Origin: Camelus ferus
Taxonomy: Eukaryota
Length of the DNA stretch: 64,000 nucleotides
Assembly (NCBI RefSeq): GCF_009834535.1
Contig: NC_045696.1
Location: 90,894,001-90,958,000 of the forward strand
Direction of reading: 5' to 3'
In this document: in pieces, positions 52,085 to 64,000 of the stretch
Numbering within the stretch: the first letter of the stretch is position 1
Layout: the number at the start of each line of letters is the position of its first letter
Notes under the pieces: model-generated
The model's database searches: none
What the model was told of the DNA's origin: nothing
The model's input: the letters and a program-made list of their open reading frames with translations, nothing else
Made by a program: the position numbers and the translations under genes

Positions 52085-53540
52085 TAAAACTAGAGAGAAC
52101 TTTAGAGAATACTTACGTGGAGTTGAGAAAACTGAGGCTCAGAGAGGTTATAAATGAGTTACTTGAGGTTATAGTTCTAGTTGGTGGGTAATCCAGGCTA
52201 GAACTCCACTATTATCGTGCTACTTCATCATGTAATAGAATGTAATAGGTTAAAAAGACTATGCCATATTATATGACTAAATGCTTAAGTATATGGGTCC
52301 AACTAAGAATGATTTAGTAGATCAAGGATAAAAGACATTGATTTGACTGAAAATGGGTAAAGCGGCTTGCTGAAGAAGTGAGACCTGAGCTTGAAGGATA
52401 TATAGCATCTGGATAGGTGGAGCAGAAAGGGAGAAGACCTTCCAGGTTAGACATGCTGATGACTGGAGAAGGAGAGATGCTGGTGTTGGAGACTGGGGCG
52501 GTCTGGATTCTGGAAGAGACCGCTGGATGTCTTAGTCCACCTCTAACTTGCATGCATCCATCCAGACATGAAAAGGCTTGTTAGAGGCTTGAAGGGCAGC
52601 AGTGTTGGGTAGTAGAAGGAACACAGCCTCCAGGATAAGACACCTGTTTCAAGTCCTGGCACCTCTTCAAGGCCCTTGAGCAAGTTTCCTAACCTTTTTT
52701 TAGGTCTATTTCCTTATCTGCAAAGTAGCACTAGTAATATCTTCTTCATAAGGCTCTTGAAAATTGAATGAGAAAATGTGTGTGAAGAGCCTGGTACAGT
52801 GCTGGGCATGAAGTATGTCCTCATTGTATTGTGGGCATGGTTATTATTATTTTCTAAATGTCTGGAGGACAACTAATAAAAATGCAGGATTCTTGGGAGA
52901 TTTGTTTCTCCTGTGCATTGCCTCATTGATGTTTACTACAATATTGGACTTTATGTTAAGTTTAAGGATGTGGTCTATTTGAGTCAAACATCCCTGGGTT
53001 CAAATCTTAGCTGGTTACATTCCTTGTGTGCCCTTTGGAAAGTCAGGTGACCACTTTGAGTTTGTTTTATTTTCTGTAAAATGGGAATAATAAGTACCTT
53101 GTGGGATGATTCTTTAGGAATATAAGGTGAATAGCATATACTAGGTGCTTAATAAGTTGCAGTCATTGTTATTGCTTTTCTCTCTGCAGAGCTTCTGGCT
53201 ACATTAATTATTCTGTCCTGTTCATCTCAAGTTTATGGTACTCCTTGTGTCATTTTCTCAGCACTGAAAGGAACTTTCCCCCAAAATATAATGCCTTTTT
53301 TTAACCCATGCAAACAACAACTAACATTCCTATAGTGTTTTAACCTTCATAAAATATACTTGGATATGTAATTGTATTTAATCTTCATGGCAACTTTGTG
53401 AGACAGGATTAGTCCCATTTTATAGTCCATTTGGAACAAGCCTAATGGGACTGCCCACATGGAAACAGCCAGGAAGGGGCAGGAAGCTGGCACTGGCGTC
53501 AGTTCTTTTGTCAACAAAGCTCACATCCTTTCAGATCTCC
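52085..53540. mobile_element. Cluster of MIR and L2 fragments
   Basis: gagaaaactgaggctcagagaggtt (about 52125), ttccttatctgcaaa (about 52710), ctgggttcaaatc...tctgtaaaatgggaataataa (about 52990-53095), tttaatcttcatggcaactttgtgag (about 53380). Confidence 0.7.
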
Positions 53541-55260
53541 AGTGGCCTCTCTTCTCTAGATCTTGCTATCTCCACTAATTAGAAGAAAATGTTCCTTGGC
53601 ATCTGAGTGATTGCTAAAGATGAATTCTCCCTGGGTAGAAGGAAAGGCTAGAATTTCTCACTCACATTTCTTTGATGAGTCTATTAATTAGTGAGAATTC
53701 TGGCTTTCAATCACTGTTTCTATGTTGACTAAGTCTCCCATCACCAGCATTTTACTACATCTACTCTGGAAGATCTTATCCCTCCCCAGTCTACCTGCCC
53801 CAATCCTGTACATCCTCTGAAATGTTTCATCCCACAGAAGGAGTGGTCAGACACCACTCCCCAACCATCTAATTCAAATGTTCCTCTAAAATGCTTGTAA
53901 TGATAAAGATCTTTAAAAGGGTATTTGTCAAAGGATATAAACTGATGTATCTAGAATGCTATTCCAATTATGGCAGTTATTTATAGAAGTAAATATCATC
54001 AGTAAGTTTTAGCAAAGCACTTACAGTAGAGTGGTTTGGATCAAATTCAACTTGCTCACTTGTTAATATATTATTTATATTAACAAAATCAAATGTTAGG
54101 TTGAACACCAAGTTTCTTTCCCTCTAATAGTATGTGTTTACTAAGGCTATTGCCCTTCTTGATTTTGTCCAACATGAATTTCATGATATGCACCGTAATT
54201 TCTGGGACCCTTGATAATATTTGGAAATGCAGATATAGAGGATCAGCTAATATGAAGGACAATGCACTCAATCAATTTTGCATCATTACCCATGAAGCTC
54301 TTTTCCACTGTTGTGTAGAAAGATTTAAGATGAAAGGAGGCCAGGTCTACTGCTGTTTTATGCACTCCCTCACTCTGCTCTGCTGGGTTGTTTGCCATGG
54401 ATTACTCATTCCTTCCCAGGTGGCTCTCAGCAGTGGTCAAATATTTAAGAAGTATGTATTTCATCATGACTCTATCATATACTTCCCCTTCAGTGCCTTC
54501 ATTCCTTCTTAACCTGAGTCATCACACACTTGATAATCTATTGACGCATTAGCCTACCTCCGTTTTATTTTTCCTTTTCTTGTCAGAGCAAGATTTTACA
54601 ACACGGCAAACCACAGCACATCTAACTGGGACTCAGGTGGGCAGATTGGGGCAGAGAGAATGAGAGGTGCCATCCCTTGTTTCTCCTCCCACACTGCTCA
54701 TCAGCTGCCCCTTTTGGCTTCTGGATGAATTCTGTGTGTAAACCTGGCCCTACAGCAAGATTTCAATGCTGCTCCAACATTCAGTAGCTCTGCTGTTGGG
54801 TAAGTCCTTACAAACCCTCTAAATCTGTTTCCTGTCTGAACAAAAGGATGTGAGTACATCTACCCCACAGGGTTGTTGTGAAGATGATATGAGAACACAG
54901 ACATGAAAGTACTTCATAAAAATTCTGTTCATAATGTTGGCCATTTCTTTGCTGGACCCTGTAATCATTAAAAGGCTCATCTTTGTTAATTGAAAATGTG
55001 TCTTCCTCTAAGTTATGTTCTTGCCTTTAGTTCTAGTAATAAACATTAATACCAATGACAACAGTGGTAATGACAATAATGTCATTTGCCATTTACTGAG
55101 CACTTACTATAAAAATTGTTTTATATAAATTGTTCACATGATCTTTATGCAGTGATAAGACTTTTGCAATTGAAAGCATGATGCAAACTGGTGCATTGAA
55201 AAAGGAAGCAAATAGGGATCTGGTGGAAAGCATCTTGCTTATAAATCCATGGTTGTGGTC

Positions 55261-55717
55261 TGCATCGCTCAGGGTCTCAGCAGGAAGCAGATAGCTCACT
55301 CTGGAAACAGTCCAATGATGGGATTAATTACAAAGGATGTAGAGAGTCACCAAGAGATGGTGAAGTACCCAGGGCCTGGGAACAGGGTGAGCTGTTAGCA
55401 CCCCTAGCTCAGAAGGGGAGGGAGCAGTCACCAGACCTCCATGAGAGCGAGAGCCATTGGGAGGGGATGTCTCCCAGGACCTGTGGCTGTAAGTGAGGGA
55501 AGGCAGCTCTTGTCAAGCTGGCACAGCAGAGAGGGATGGAGGGAATAACTACTCAGATTCCTCCCATTCTTTGATCTCCTGCCTTGGCCTCCCATTCGCT
55601 GAAATCAATCAGAGCCAGAGGATTAAGGAGTCAGATAAAGCATGGGAGTCAGTCACCTGGAGCACAGAGCACAGTGGAGAGTTTACCTGAGAGGTCAACC
55701 TGGGAATAACCAGTGCA
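55261..55717 (-). mobile_element. LTR33/LTR41-like ERVL solo LTR
   Basis: tgcatcgctcagggtctcagcaggaagcagat...gatctcctgcc...cctcccatt...gagcacagagca...ataaccagtgca; TG...CA ends. Confidence 0.65.
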
Positions 55718-56790
55718 GGATCACAAGAAATGCCAGTATAAGTGGCAACTAAGTGTAAAAGAAGATGAATGATTAAATGTGCAGATCTTACTCAAAGAAT
55801 GGGTTGTTTCCAAAGCTTTGTTTTTCAGTTGTTTGGTGGTAACTCAGAGCATATTTTTCCCAGATGCATTTTAAATATTGATTCTCATCTCCACCCACTC
55901 CTCTGAAGCTCTGGGATTCACATTTACTTGAAATCTCATACCAATAGGAAGAGCAGGGTCATATGAAAGAAGGAGAAAGACGAGGCACCTCGTCTCCCTT
56001 CCTGGGGCTTGGGACTGGCCCTGGTGAGTTTTGAACCAGATAGTTTGTTCTGGTCCTGCCCTCAGTTTTGCTGGGTACCCTTCTCATTCTGTTCTAAAAT
56101 GGTTGCTATGGCAACTACGTGCTCTCCTGTGAATGCTTCATGCTCCCCAGGTACCTACATATCCTTTCTCCTTAATCATAAGTGGTTTAGAACTTGGATT
56201 TTGGAGTTCCCCTTGGGTTTCTCTGGTCTAGACTTTGCAATTTCCTCTCCATGCTCTTGGGCTACTTACTTAACCTCTCTGAATTGAATTTATGCACTTG
56301 TGAAATAGGGATTCTACCAGAACTACTGTGGTGAAATGAGCTTTTTGGGACTCCACCCAGCTGGGGGCAGCGAATCGCACAAATAAGCCTGTGAGGGTTG
56401 ACTTGGCTTTTCCTCCTCGGTTTGAAAATGTGGTCTCTGAGTTTATCCCAAGAACTAGGAAAGGTCCGCTATCATCCACCATTTCCCTTAATAACAGAGA
56501 GGTGGTTTGAGTTCCTTTGAAAGAATGGGCTGTGGCACAGCATGAAGTTAACTCCCTAGGTCCATCTTGCACAGACATCATTAATTGCTGTTGGGAATTC
56601 CAGGGCCTTGGGAAGCAAATTAAGGGATGTGCAGTCTGCCCCTGCTCTGTGGAACCAGCCATCTTCTGCTTAGATTATGTATTCTTTTAGAAATAAGTTG
56701 GAAACTTTACTTTAGTATGAATGTGTATATGAGTGTGTGCATGCATGCGTGTGTGTTGCATGTAGCCTTTTTTCCTTCAAATCTGTAACC

Positions 56791-56973
56791 TAGTGATTCT
56801 CAGACTTTAGCATGCATCAGAATCGCCTGGAGGGTTTGTTCAAACACAGATTTCTGGGCCCACCCCTAGAATTTCTGATTCAGTAGGTCTGTGCTGGGGC
56901 CTGAGAACTTGCATTTGTAACAGATTCGCAGGTTGATGCAGCTGGTCTAGGGGCCATACTTTGAGAACCACTA
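56791..56973. mobile_element. MER5A hAT MITE
   Basis: TIRs tagtgattctca / tgagaaccacta; internal catcagaatcgcctggagg and tctgattcagtaggtctg. Confidence 0.9.
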
Positions 56974-58872
56974 CTTTGCTTCCCTGAAATTCTTTCCCAG
57001 AAATTTTGAGAGGGTGAAGTAGTGTAATCCACATAGTGCTCTTAGCAGAGGGCCTGGCACAGAGTCATTGTTTGCTGCTGCCACCACCGCAACCCTCTCC
57101 ACAGCTGCTCCTTGTGCCCCTCCTACTGTTCAGTGGCTACCGCTGCCTGGTAATCCTTCATTACAGATAACGTTAGTTAGGTATTAAGAGCAATGCAATC
57201 TGCCTTAATTAATTAAAGAATATAATTACCTCTCTGGGAGTTATTTGCATTTTAAAGAAGCTTGTTAATTCAAAGAGATTTGTAATTTGAAGAATATTAG
57301 ACGCTGTAATAAGGAGATATACAGAACTTCTGGCCTTGTACAGTGGAAGGTACTTTTCAAGAAGGGAGTGGACACCACATAGGCCCTATGCTGGATCATC
57401 TCTTAATGCCTATTATTTAGGATTCCACTTTCTTTCTGAAAGGTCTGAGCTTTTCCACAAAGGCTTCCTCAGTTGGGACAGCACATGGCTGGGGTGTGGG
57501 TAGGGCGGCTGTGGCCATTTAAACGTATGGGTCCTTTGTAAATCTGGTGCTTATAAACTAGGTGGTGCTTGCATCTTGTTTATTTGTTTATTTATGTAAT
57601 AAAAGAGACATAGAAGATTCATTTGAAAAGTATGCCTTTTAATTTCATGCTGAGGAAATTCAGTGTAATACAATTATAATAAGATGGTAGCAAAACAGTT
57701 CGTTTTTAGTTGTGGAATTAGCAAGTAGAAAACTAGTTGGAAGCTGATCTTTTGAAAGTCCTTTGAATGTAATTTTGATTTGGAGAACATGACTTGATGG
57801 CTATATGGACTTAATCTTTTGACCTAACCAGCCATCTTGATAAAATGAGTGTTAACATGTGTAGGAATGTCAACATTGTGCTTTCTCAATTCAGAAATAT
57901 GCCATAAAACTGCAGCAGTTACAAAATTAGGATTTGTTAAAAACTATTGAAATCCTTACATTTTTCCTGCTTAAGAAATCCAGAAAACATCAAACTTTTT
58001 CTAGAAGCTGAAGGAAATTAATGTCAGTGACAGAAATACAGTGAATCTAATTAGAAGTCCCTGGGCAGCTGCTCATTAGTGTGGTTAGTTAGTAAATGAA
58101 ATTTCAGCTGCAGTGAATTAGACTATGTGTCTTCGGTTATGTTTTCTAAAAAGAATCACAAAATGTCTACAGCTGCTTTTTGTTAGTGGAGTACTTTTTT
58201 TCCCCCCACAACAAAAAATATTTAGGATCTTTGTCATGAGAAAAGAAATGGCCATTTGGGGACAGATTTTCTTAAATGTCTGTATATTAAGCTTGGGTGA
58301 GTGAAACAAAAGACCATTTTCTCCCATGAGAGAGAGGCTTTCATTTGTCTGCTAAGCTGCTCTGTTTCACATGTTACTTTTGTCAAATTCTTTACTTTTG
58401 TTTTTTTAACCATTTGGACCTCTTGATTAGATTTCTCTTAAAAAAAAAAAGAAAAAGCAGAAAACCTCAGCTAGATTGAACAATATCTAGCACAGGTATA
58501 TAGCATAGATTGGAACATTTCTTTGTCATTTGCTAAAATGCGGTGCTTGTTTCCTTTTTTAAGTCACTACTATGGAAGTTTGTACCTTTGCTGCTTGCAA
58601 GTTCATGGGTAATTCAGAGACCTGGCGAGAGCCAAATTCCAGTATTTCAGATGTGTTCATAAGGAAGGTATGATAATTAGGCAACTGTTGTAGGACACGA
58701 TCCCATGTCCTCCCCCAGGATGTTTAAATACTTTTAGATTATATTAGAAGTGTAGCTCTGGGCTCATACATTTCTGTAGAGACCCTTCTGTAGAGGCTAG
58801 GTCCTCTATGTCCACAGTTTAGGCATGATTGCAGTGTTTGGGGGTCCCTAGTTTCAGAGTGGGGATAGTACC

Positions 58873-59087
58873 TAGCATTTTCTCAGCTGGGTGGTGACTT
58901 TGTCTAATGGGGATATTAAGAATGTGTGGAGACAATTTTTGTTGTTGCAGTTCACAAGTGGAGGTTGGGGGAGAGGGAGTGACTACTGACTTCTACTGGG
59001 TAGTGACCAGGGATGCTGCTAAACATCCTACACAACAAAGAATAACCTGACCCAAAATGTCAATAGTGCTATTGTTGAGGACCCCTG
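58873..59087. mobile_element. MER20 hAT MITE
   Basis: ggagacaatttttgttgtt...ccagggatgctgctaaacatcctaca...cccaaaatgtcaatagtgc...gttgag. Confidence 0.85.
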
Positions 59088-59424
59088 TCCTACCAGCATC
59101 AAGCCCTCACTGAATGAATGAGCAGACACACATAGAACAGATAGTACACCTTTCAACTTCCTGAATCCCTGCAGAATGCAAGATGGCTGTGCATTGGAAT
59201 ATAGCCATACATTCCAAAGACCTCCTAGCCTTGTCATTGAAAAGACTTTTGAAATGACTGTTCATTCCCCTATTCTCCTTTTTAAAAAATTTACATTTCC
59301 AATTTATTTCTCTGTGAAAGTCCTTAGGTCAGTGAACATAGTGTTACACTGTCAGCAAATGACAGGCAAGTTTTCTAATACAGCTGGTACCAAATATCAG
59401 TCACCAAGATACTCTTCAATCTAA

Positions 59425-59660
59425 AACAAACTAGTGGTTACCAGTGGGGAGAGGGAAGGTGAGAGGGGTATGTTAGGGGTATGGGATTAAGAGGTATAAA
59501 CTATTGTGTATAAAATAGATAAGCAAGAAGGATATATTACACAGCACAGGGAATTATAGCTATTATCCTTTTAAAATTGAACTATTGTTGATTTACAGTG
59601 TTGTGTTACTTTTAGGTATACAGCGAAGTGATTCAATTTATATATATATATGTGTACACA

Positions 59661-59700
<40 letters not shown>

Positions 59701-59968
59701 CAGATTCTTTTCCATGATAGATTATTACAAGGTATTGAATTTAGTTCCCTGTGCTATACAGTAAATCCTTTTTGTTTATCTATTTCATATATAGTGGTAT
59801 GTGTCTGTTAATTCCACACTCTTAATTTATCCCCCTCCCCACAGTTATTTTGTAGTAACTTTTGAGTATAATCTGTAAAATACTGAATCATTGTCCTATA
59901 CACCTGAAACTAATATATTTTAAATCAACTATACTTCAATAAAAATAAAAATAATATGTATATGCTTA
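59425..59968 (+). mobile_element. L1 3' end containing a nested antisense L1 3' end
   Basis: aaacaaactagtggttaccagtgggg...aatcaactatacttcaataaaa; degenerate TSD 59406-59424 / 59969-59987 (16 of 19 match). Confidence 0.85.
59568..59842 (-). mobile_element. Nested L1 3' end with (CA)n
   Basis: ttgaactattgttgatttacagtgttgtgtta...ttccctgtgctatacagta...taatttatcccc; CA run at 59663-59698. Confidence 0.85.
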
Positions 59969-60910
59969 AAAATATTCCTCAATCTAACCTTTTTTTTTAA
60001 GTGGAGGAAGAATCATATGAGGCCTTGAGTGAAGAATTTAAGACATCATGTTTTCTGTGCTGCACCCGGCAACAATACTGCATGTACATTGCAAGAAATA
60101 TAAAACATAGAACACTGTGGGGAGACAATTCATAGGCTGGTCTGCCTGGCAGGAACATGGCAGATGAGCTACAGTGGAGACTCAGGCAAAGGAAGAGTAG
60201 GGCAGTGGGGAGAAACACTATGTCTTCCACCAACATTTCTTTGATGGGGCTGCTATTGTCCTCATTTTCATGAAGAGAAAAGGAGAATTTTTTTGTTAAC
60301 ATGGGGTATAATTCTTCATTATTACATACTCTCTCCCTCTTTCTAAGAAATTTCCCATGACAAAGCAAAGGAGAGGAGATTTGGGTACCAGGAGAAACTG
60401 ACACAAAAAGTGACAGGAAAGGGGGATAGTTTCTTCAAGTCATGAGAAACGGTTCTCAGCAATGTCAAGACACAGCAATTCAACTTGACTCCACAGGTAT
60501 TGTAAGCTACTGAAAATGGCATAAAACATTGGTATAATTCACTTGGTGCAAAGGCAATGTAATGTGCTTAAATCAAGAAACCCAAATGCTCAGGGAAATG
60601 CAAAATACAAAGTATTGACAGATATATATGTGATGTTCTATGTCACCTATTCTCTTGAGCTGTTAGAACATACGAAATTATGCTGTTCATACCAAATATT
60701 CCTAAAATTCTGTAAACTCTGGCAGCGTGCAATCTTAGTCTAAAATATAAACACAAAGAATAAAACACAGAAGGCAAGAAAGCACTGTGCTTGAGTCCAG
60801 TCTGTGGTGATATGGTTTCTTCTTGTATTTCTGCATGTCTTTCTTTTCTCCTATTCCGTGAACGTTCTTACTCTCTCCATACTTCTTGTTCTTCACATCT
60901 TCTCTTACAT

Positions 60911-62025
60911 TTACTTACTTACTTACTTACTTATTTATTTATTTATTTATTTATTTATACTTTTAACAGGTTTATTGAGGTATAATTTATATACCATACA
61001 ATTCACCCATTGTAAATGGATAATTCAGTGATTTTTAGTAAATTTCTGCGATTGTGCAACCATCATCACAATCCAAGTTTAAAATACTTCTTTCACATCA
61101 AAAAGTTCCCTTGTATTTGTCTATAGTCTATTCCTGTGCCTACTCCCAGTCTCAGGCAACCCCTGATCTACTTTCTGTCTCTATAGATTTGCCTTCTCTA
61201 GAAATTTCATGTGAATGAAATTATATCTTGTCTTTTGTGTCTGGCTTCTTTCACTTGACATAGAGCTTTTGAGATTCATCCACATATGTTATCAATTGTT
61301 CATTCCTTTATGTTGCTTAGTAGTACTCCATTATATAAAAATAGCACATTGCCTTAGTCTGTTAGGGCTGCTATAACAAAATACCAGACTGGATGGCTTA
61401 TAAACAACAGAAATTTATTCCTCACATTTCTAGGGGCTGGGAAATCCAGTATCAGGGTGCTGGCAGGTTTGATGTCTGGTGAGGGCTTACTTCCTTGTTC
61501 ATAGATGGCTGTCCTTTCACTGCATCCTCACATGTCAGAAGGGGTGAGGAATCTCTGTGGGATCTCTTGTAAAGACACTAATCCCATTCATGAGGGCTCC
61601 ACCCTCACAACCTAATCACTTACCGAAGGCCCTACCTCCAAATACCACCACACTGGGGATTCGGGGGAACACAGACATTCAGTCCATAGCATATATTTGT
61701 TTAATCATTTACCAGGTGCTGGGTATTCGGATTGCTTCCACTTTCTGGCTCTTATGAATAGTTCTCCTATGAATATTTTCTTCTCAGATTTGTGCTGACA
61801 AGTGTTTTCATTTCTTTTGGGTATATACCTAGGAGTGGAATTGTGGGGTCATGTAGTAAGTGTATGTTTAACTTTTTACGAAGCTGTCAAACTGTTTTCT
61901 AAAATGGCTGTGCCATTTCACATTCCCACCAGTGATGTATGAGGGTTCCACTTTCTCAGCATCCTCATCAATGCAGGGATGTTCATCTTCTGATTACAGC
62001 CCTCCTAACCAGTGTAAAGTGTATT
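60911..62025 (-). mobile_element. L1MB-like 3' end with (TTAC/TTAT)n tail, interrupted by a MaLR LTR
   Basis: tttattgaggtataatttatataccatacaattcaccca...gggtatatacctaggagtggaatt...cattcccaccagtgatgtatgagggttcc. Confidence 0.9.
61350..61691 (-). mobile_element. MLT1A/MST-like MaLR solo LTR
   Basis: tgccttagtctgttagggctgctataacaaaatacca...cactaatcccattcatgagggctcc...acattcagtccatagca; flanks cacat/tatat. Confidence 0.9.
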
Positions 62026-63159
62026 TCCTCCCTTTTCAGCACCCACTTCCTTCCTTTTTACACTCCTATTATTTTTCTTCCCAACTTGTGCCTTTAGCTG
62101 GTTAGGCTAGTACTGCAGATATCTTCATTTAAATCAAATCTCATTGCTGACCAATTCTTAGCAGACAAATAGTAAAGAAATGGGACTGGTGTGGATTCAA
62201 AGCTTAACCCCTCTGGCAATCTGTTCTACAGAGATCTTCATGCTTTTCTTACAAATGCGCTAGTTTCACATGTCACAGAGTGGAACAAGCAGCTTTTAGG
62301 TCCATAAAGTAAATCTGTTTAGAATTAGCTCACTAATCAGTTTAATGACATTATAGTCACACCTGTAAGCATTTCCCTCCAGCCACTTAGAAGTGGTCAC
62401 CATCTCCTCCACACTCTCTACAGTGTGGAGGAATTGAAGGATTTCCTGTATCCCCTTAGTCGAGAGGGCAGAGTACTTTTGCTAATGTTCTTTTTTGTCC
62501 TACTACCTGAGTACTTTGCCTCCTCAGCCTGAAGCACGTGCTTGTGAAGCTGAGTTTCTCTGTGTTCTGCACAGTGCCTGGCCTAACTTGACTCAGCTTC
62601 ATAGGGTGGGTGTCAGCAATCCTCCGGGAGCAAGGCTTCTGCACCCTGCATGCCCATTGGAATCGCTTCCTTAGCTTTAAAGCAATACTCTTGTGCCAGT
62701 CTTGCCTCAGACCAGAACCTCAAATGACTTTTGAAATTTAGTACTTGAGATTATAAAGATACGGAAAGAAACAGGCCAAAATAATAAGGACATGAAGTAA
62801 AAAAGTGCTCCCTGAAAGCCATGCTTTAGAGGTAACTGGGAAGTTGTGGAATTAGATCTGGATTTGGACTCAGAAGATCAGGATGAGGATTCAGACTCTG
62901 TCCTTGCTGAATATTCATAAGCTAGTCTGCTCCCAGCCTACTCTCTTCCTGGCAGTAGTTTGGGGGCCCACCCTTGCCTGTGATGGTGTTAGAATTACGG
63001 GGATGATCTACCTAGAATTACTTTAAAATGATATTTTTTAGAGCATTTCACATCTGCTAATTATTTATTTTCATCTTATTTTATTAAAGTTGTCTGGCCT
63101 CACTTTACCACACACAACTTGGGTCTATTTTTATCTCGTTTTTCTCTTTTGATTGTGCT

Positions 63160-63380
63160 AAGATCAATGGTTCCTAGAGCCAGACTGCCTGCAGGCAATC
63201 CCAATAGACACTGATTTGCTGTGGGACCTTACATTCTTTTCCTCCTCGGGTTTTCTCCTCCATAAAATGAGCATAAAAATCTCTACCCCATGGTTTCATG
63301 AGAATTAAAAGAGGTAATGATTGTGAGGCACTAAACATCTCTTACATACTGGGGACTCAGGAAGTATTAGTTTTTCTTAC
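63160..63380 (+). mobile_element. MIR SINE
   Basis: ctagagccagactgcctg...gctgtgggacctt...ataaaatgag...tgagaattaaa. Confidence 0.65.
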
Positions 63381-64000
63381 TGTTAGAGTGAGTGCTTAAA
63401 AAATTCAACCAGATCAGGCATTTCATGGTAATGGTTGAAGGGACAATTGCACCCTAAGTGGCCCATTTCAAGAGATTTTAGAGCTTTGGGTGGTAATTCA
63501 ACCAGCCACAGGGTACATTTTTTAGACACCTGCTTCAAATCAATGAAATGTCAATATTTGTAAACAGCTTTATTCAGAATTTATTTTCATTATTGCATTA
63601 TTGATTTTTCCTTCCATACAGAGCACGTGAAAGGAAGCATTTTATACAAGTTTCAGGTTCTAAAATAAAGTAAGGAATTGCGATTACCACCTTGTATACT
63701 ATCAGATTATAAACTTGTAGGATTGGAGAAAACCTATTTCCCTAGAACTGCATATTTTAAATTACCAAAATGATACACTCTCTAAAAAACTTTTATTATG
63801 GATATTGTCAAATAATCCATAATTTGTAAGGTCAGAGAGACTATTATAATGAACTCACATGTGCCCACCACCCACCTTCAGCAATTAACAATGCTTAGGT
63901 ATGACAAACATATGAAAGTGTCATATAACTGAGAGGTAAAGGAACTCCAGTTGAACCAAAGTGAAATACTTTTGTTAAAAAAATCCAAATAATACAAAAG

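Noticed and set aside
1..64000. Prokaryotic-style novel system (operon, CRISPR, defence island) or a known miRNA/snoRNA
   Set aside because: The sequence is mammalian repeat-rich non-coding DNA; I saw no spaced repeat arrays, gene-dense ORFs or recognisable mature miRNA sequences.

Overview
This is AT-rich mammalian non-coding DNA, very likely camelid, because it carries two tRNA-Ala-derived Vic-1-type SINEs. It is probably a long intron or an intergenic stretch. I found no supportable host protein-coding exon, RNA gene or CRISPR array. The recognisable ORFs in the track are LINE fossils; the rest look like microsatellite or chance ORFs. The window contains L1, L2, MIR, CR1, ERVL/MaLR solo LTRs and hAT MITEs, often nested. 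Repeat-poor blocks with homeodomain-type motif clusters (about 1.0-1.4, 6.0-6.4, 9.0-10.9, 16.8-17.0 and 57-58 kb) look like conserved enhancers. The most unusual object is a 1.76-kb insertion at 46048-47804, flanked by a 14-bp near-perfect direct repeat. It consists of a CpG-rich promoter-like leader fused to an L1 5'UTR, with no ORF1 or ORF2. Repeat family names come from remembered consensus similarity, not a search, and boundaries are approximate unless a TSD or TIR is cited.
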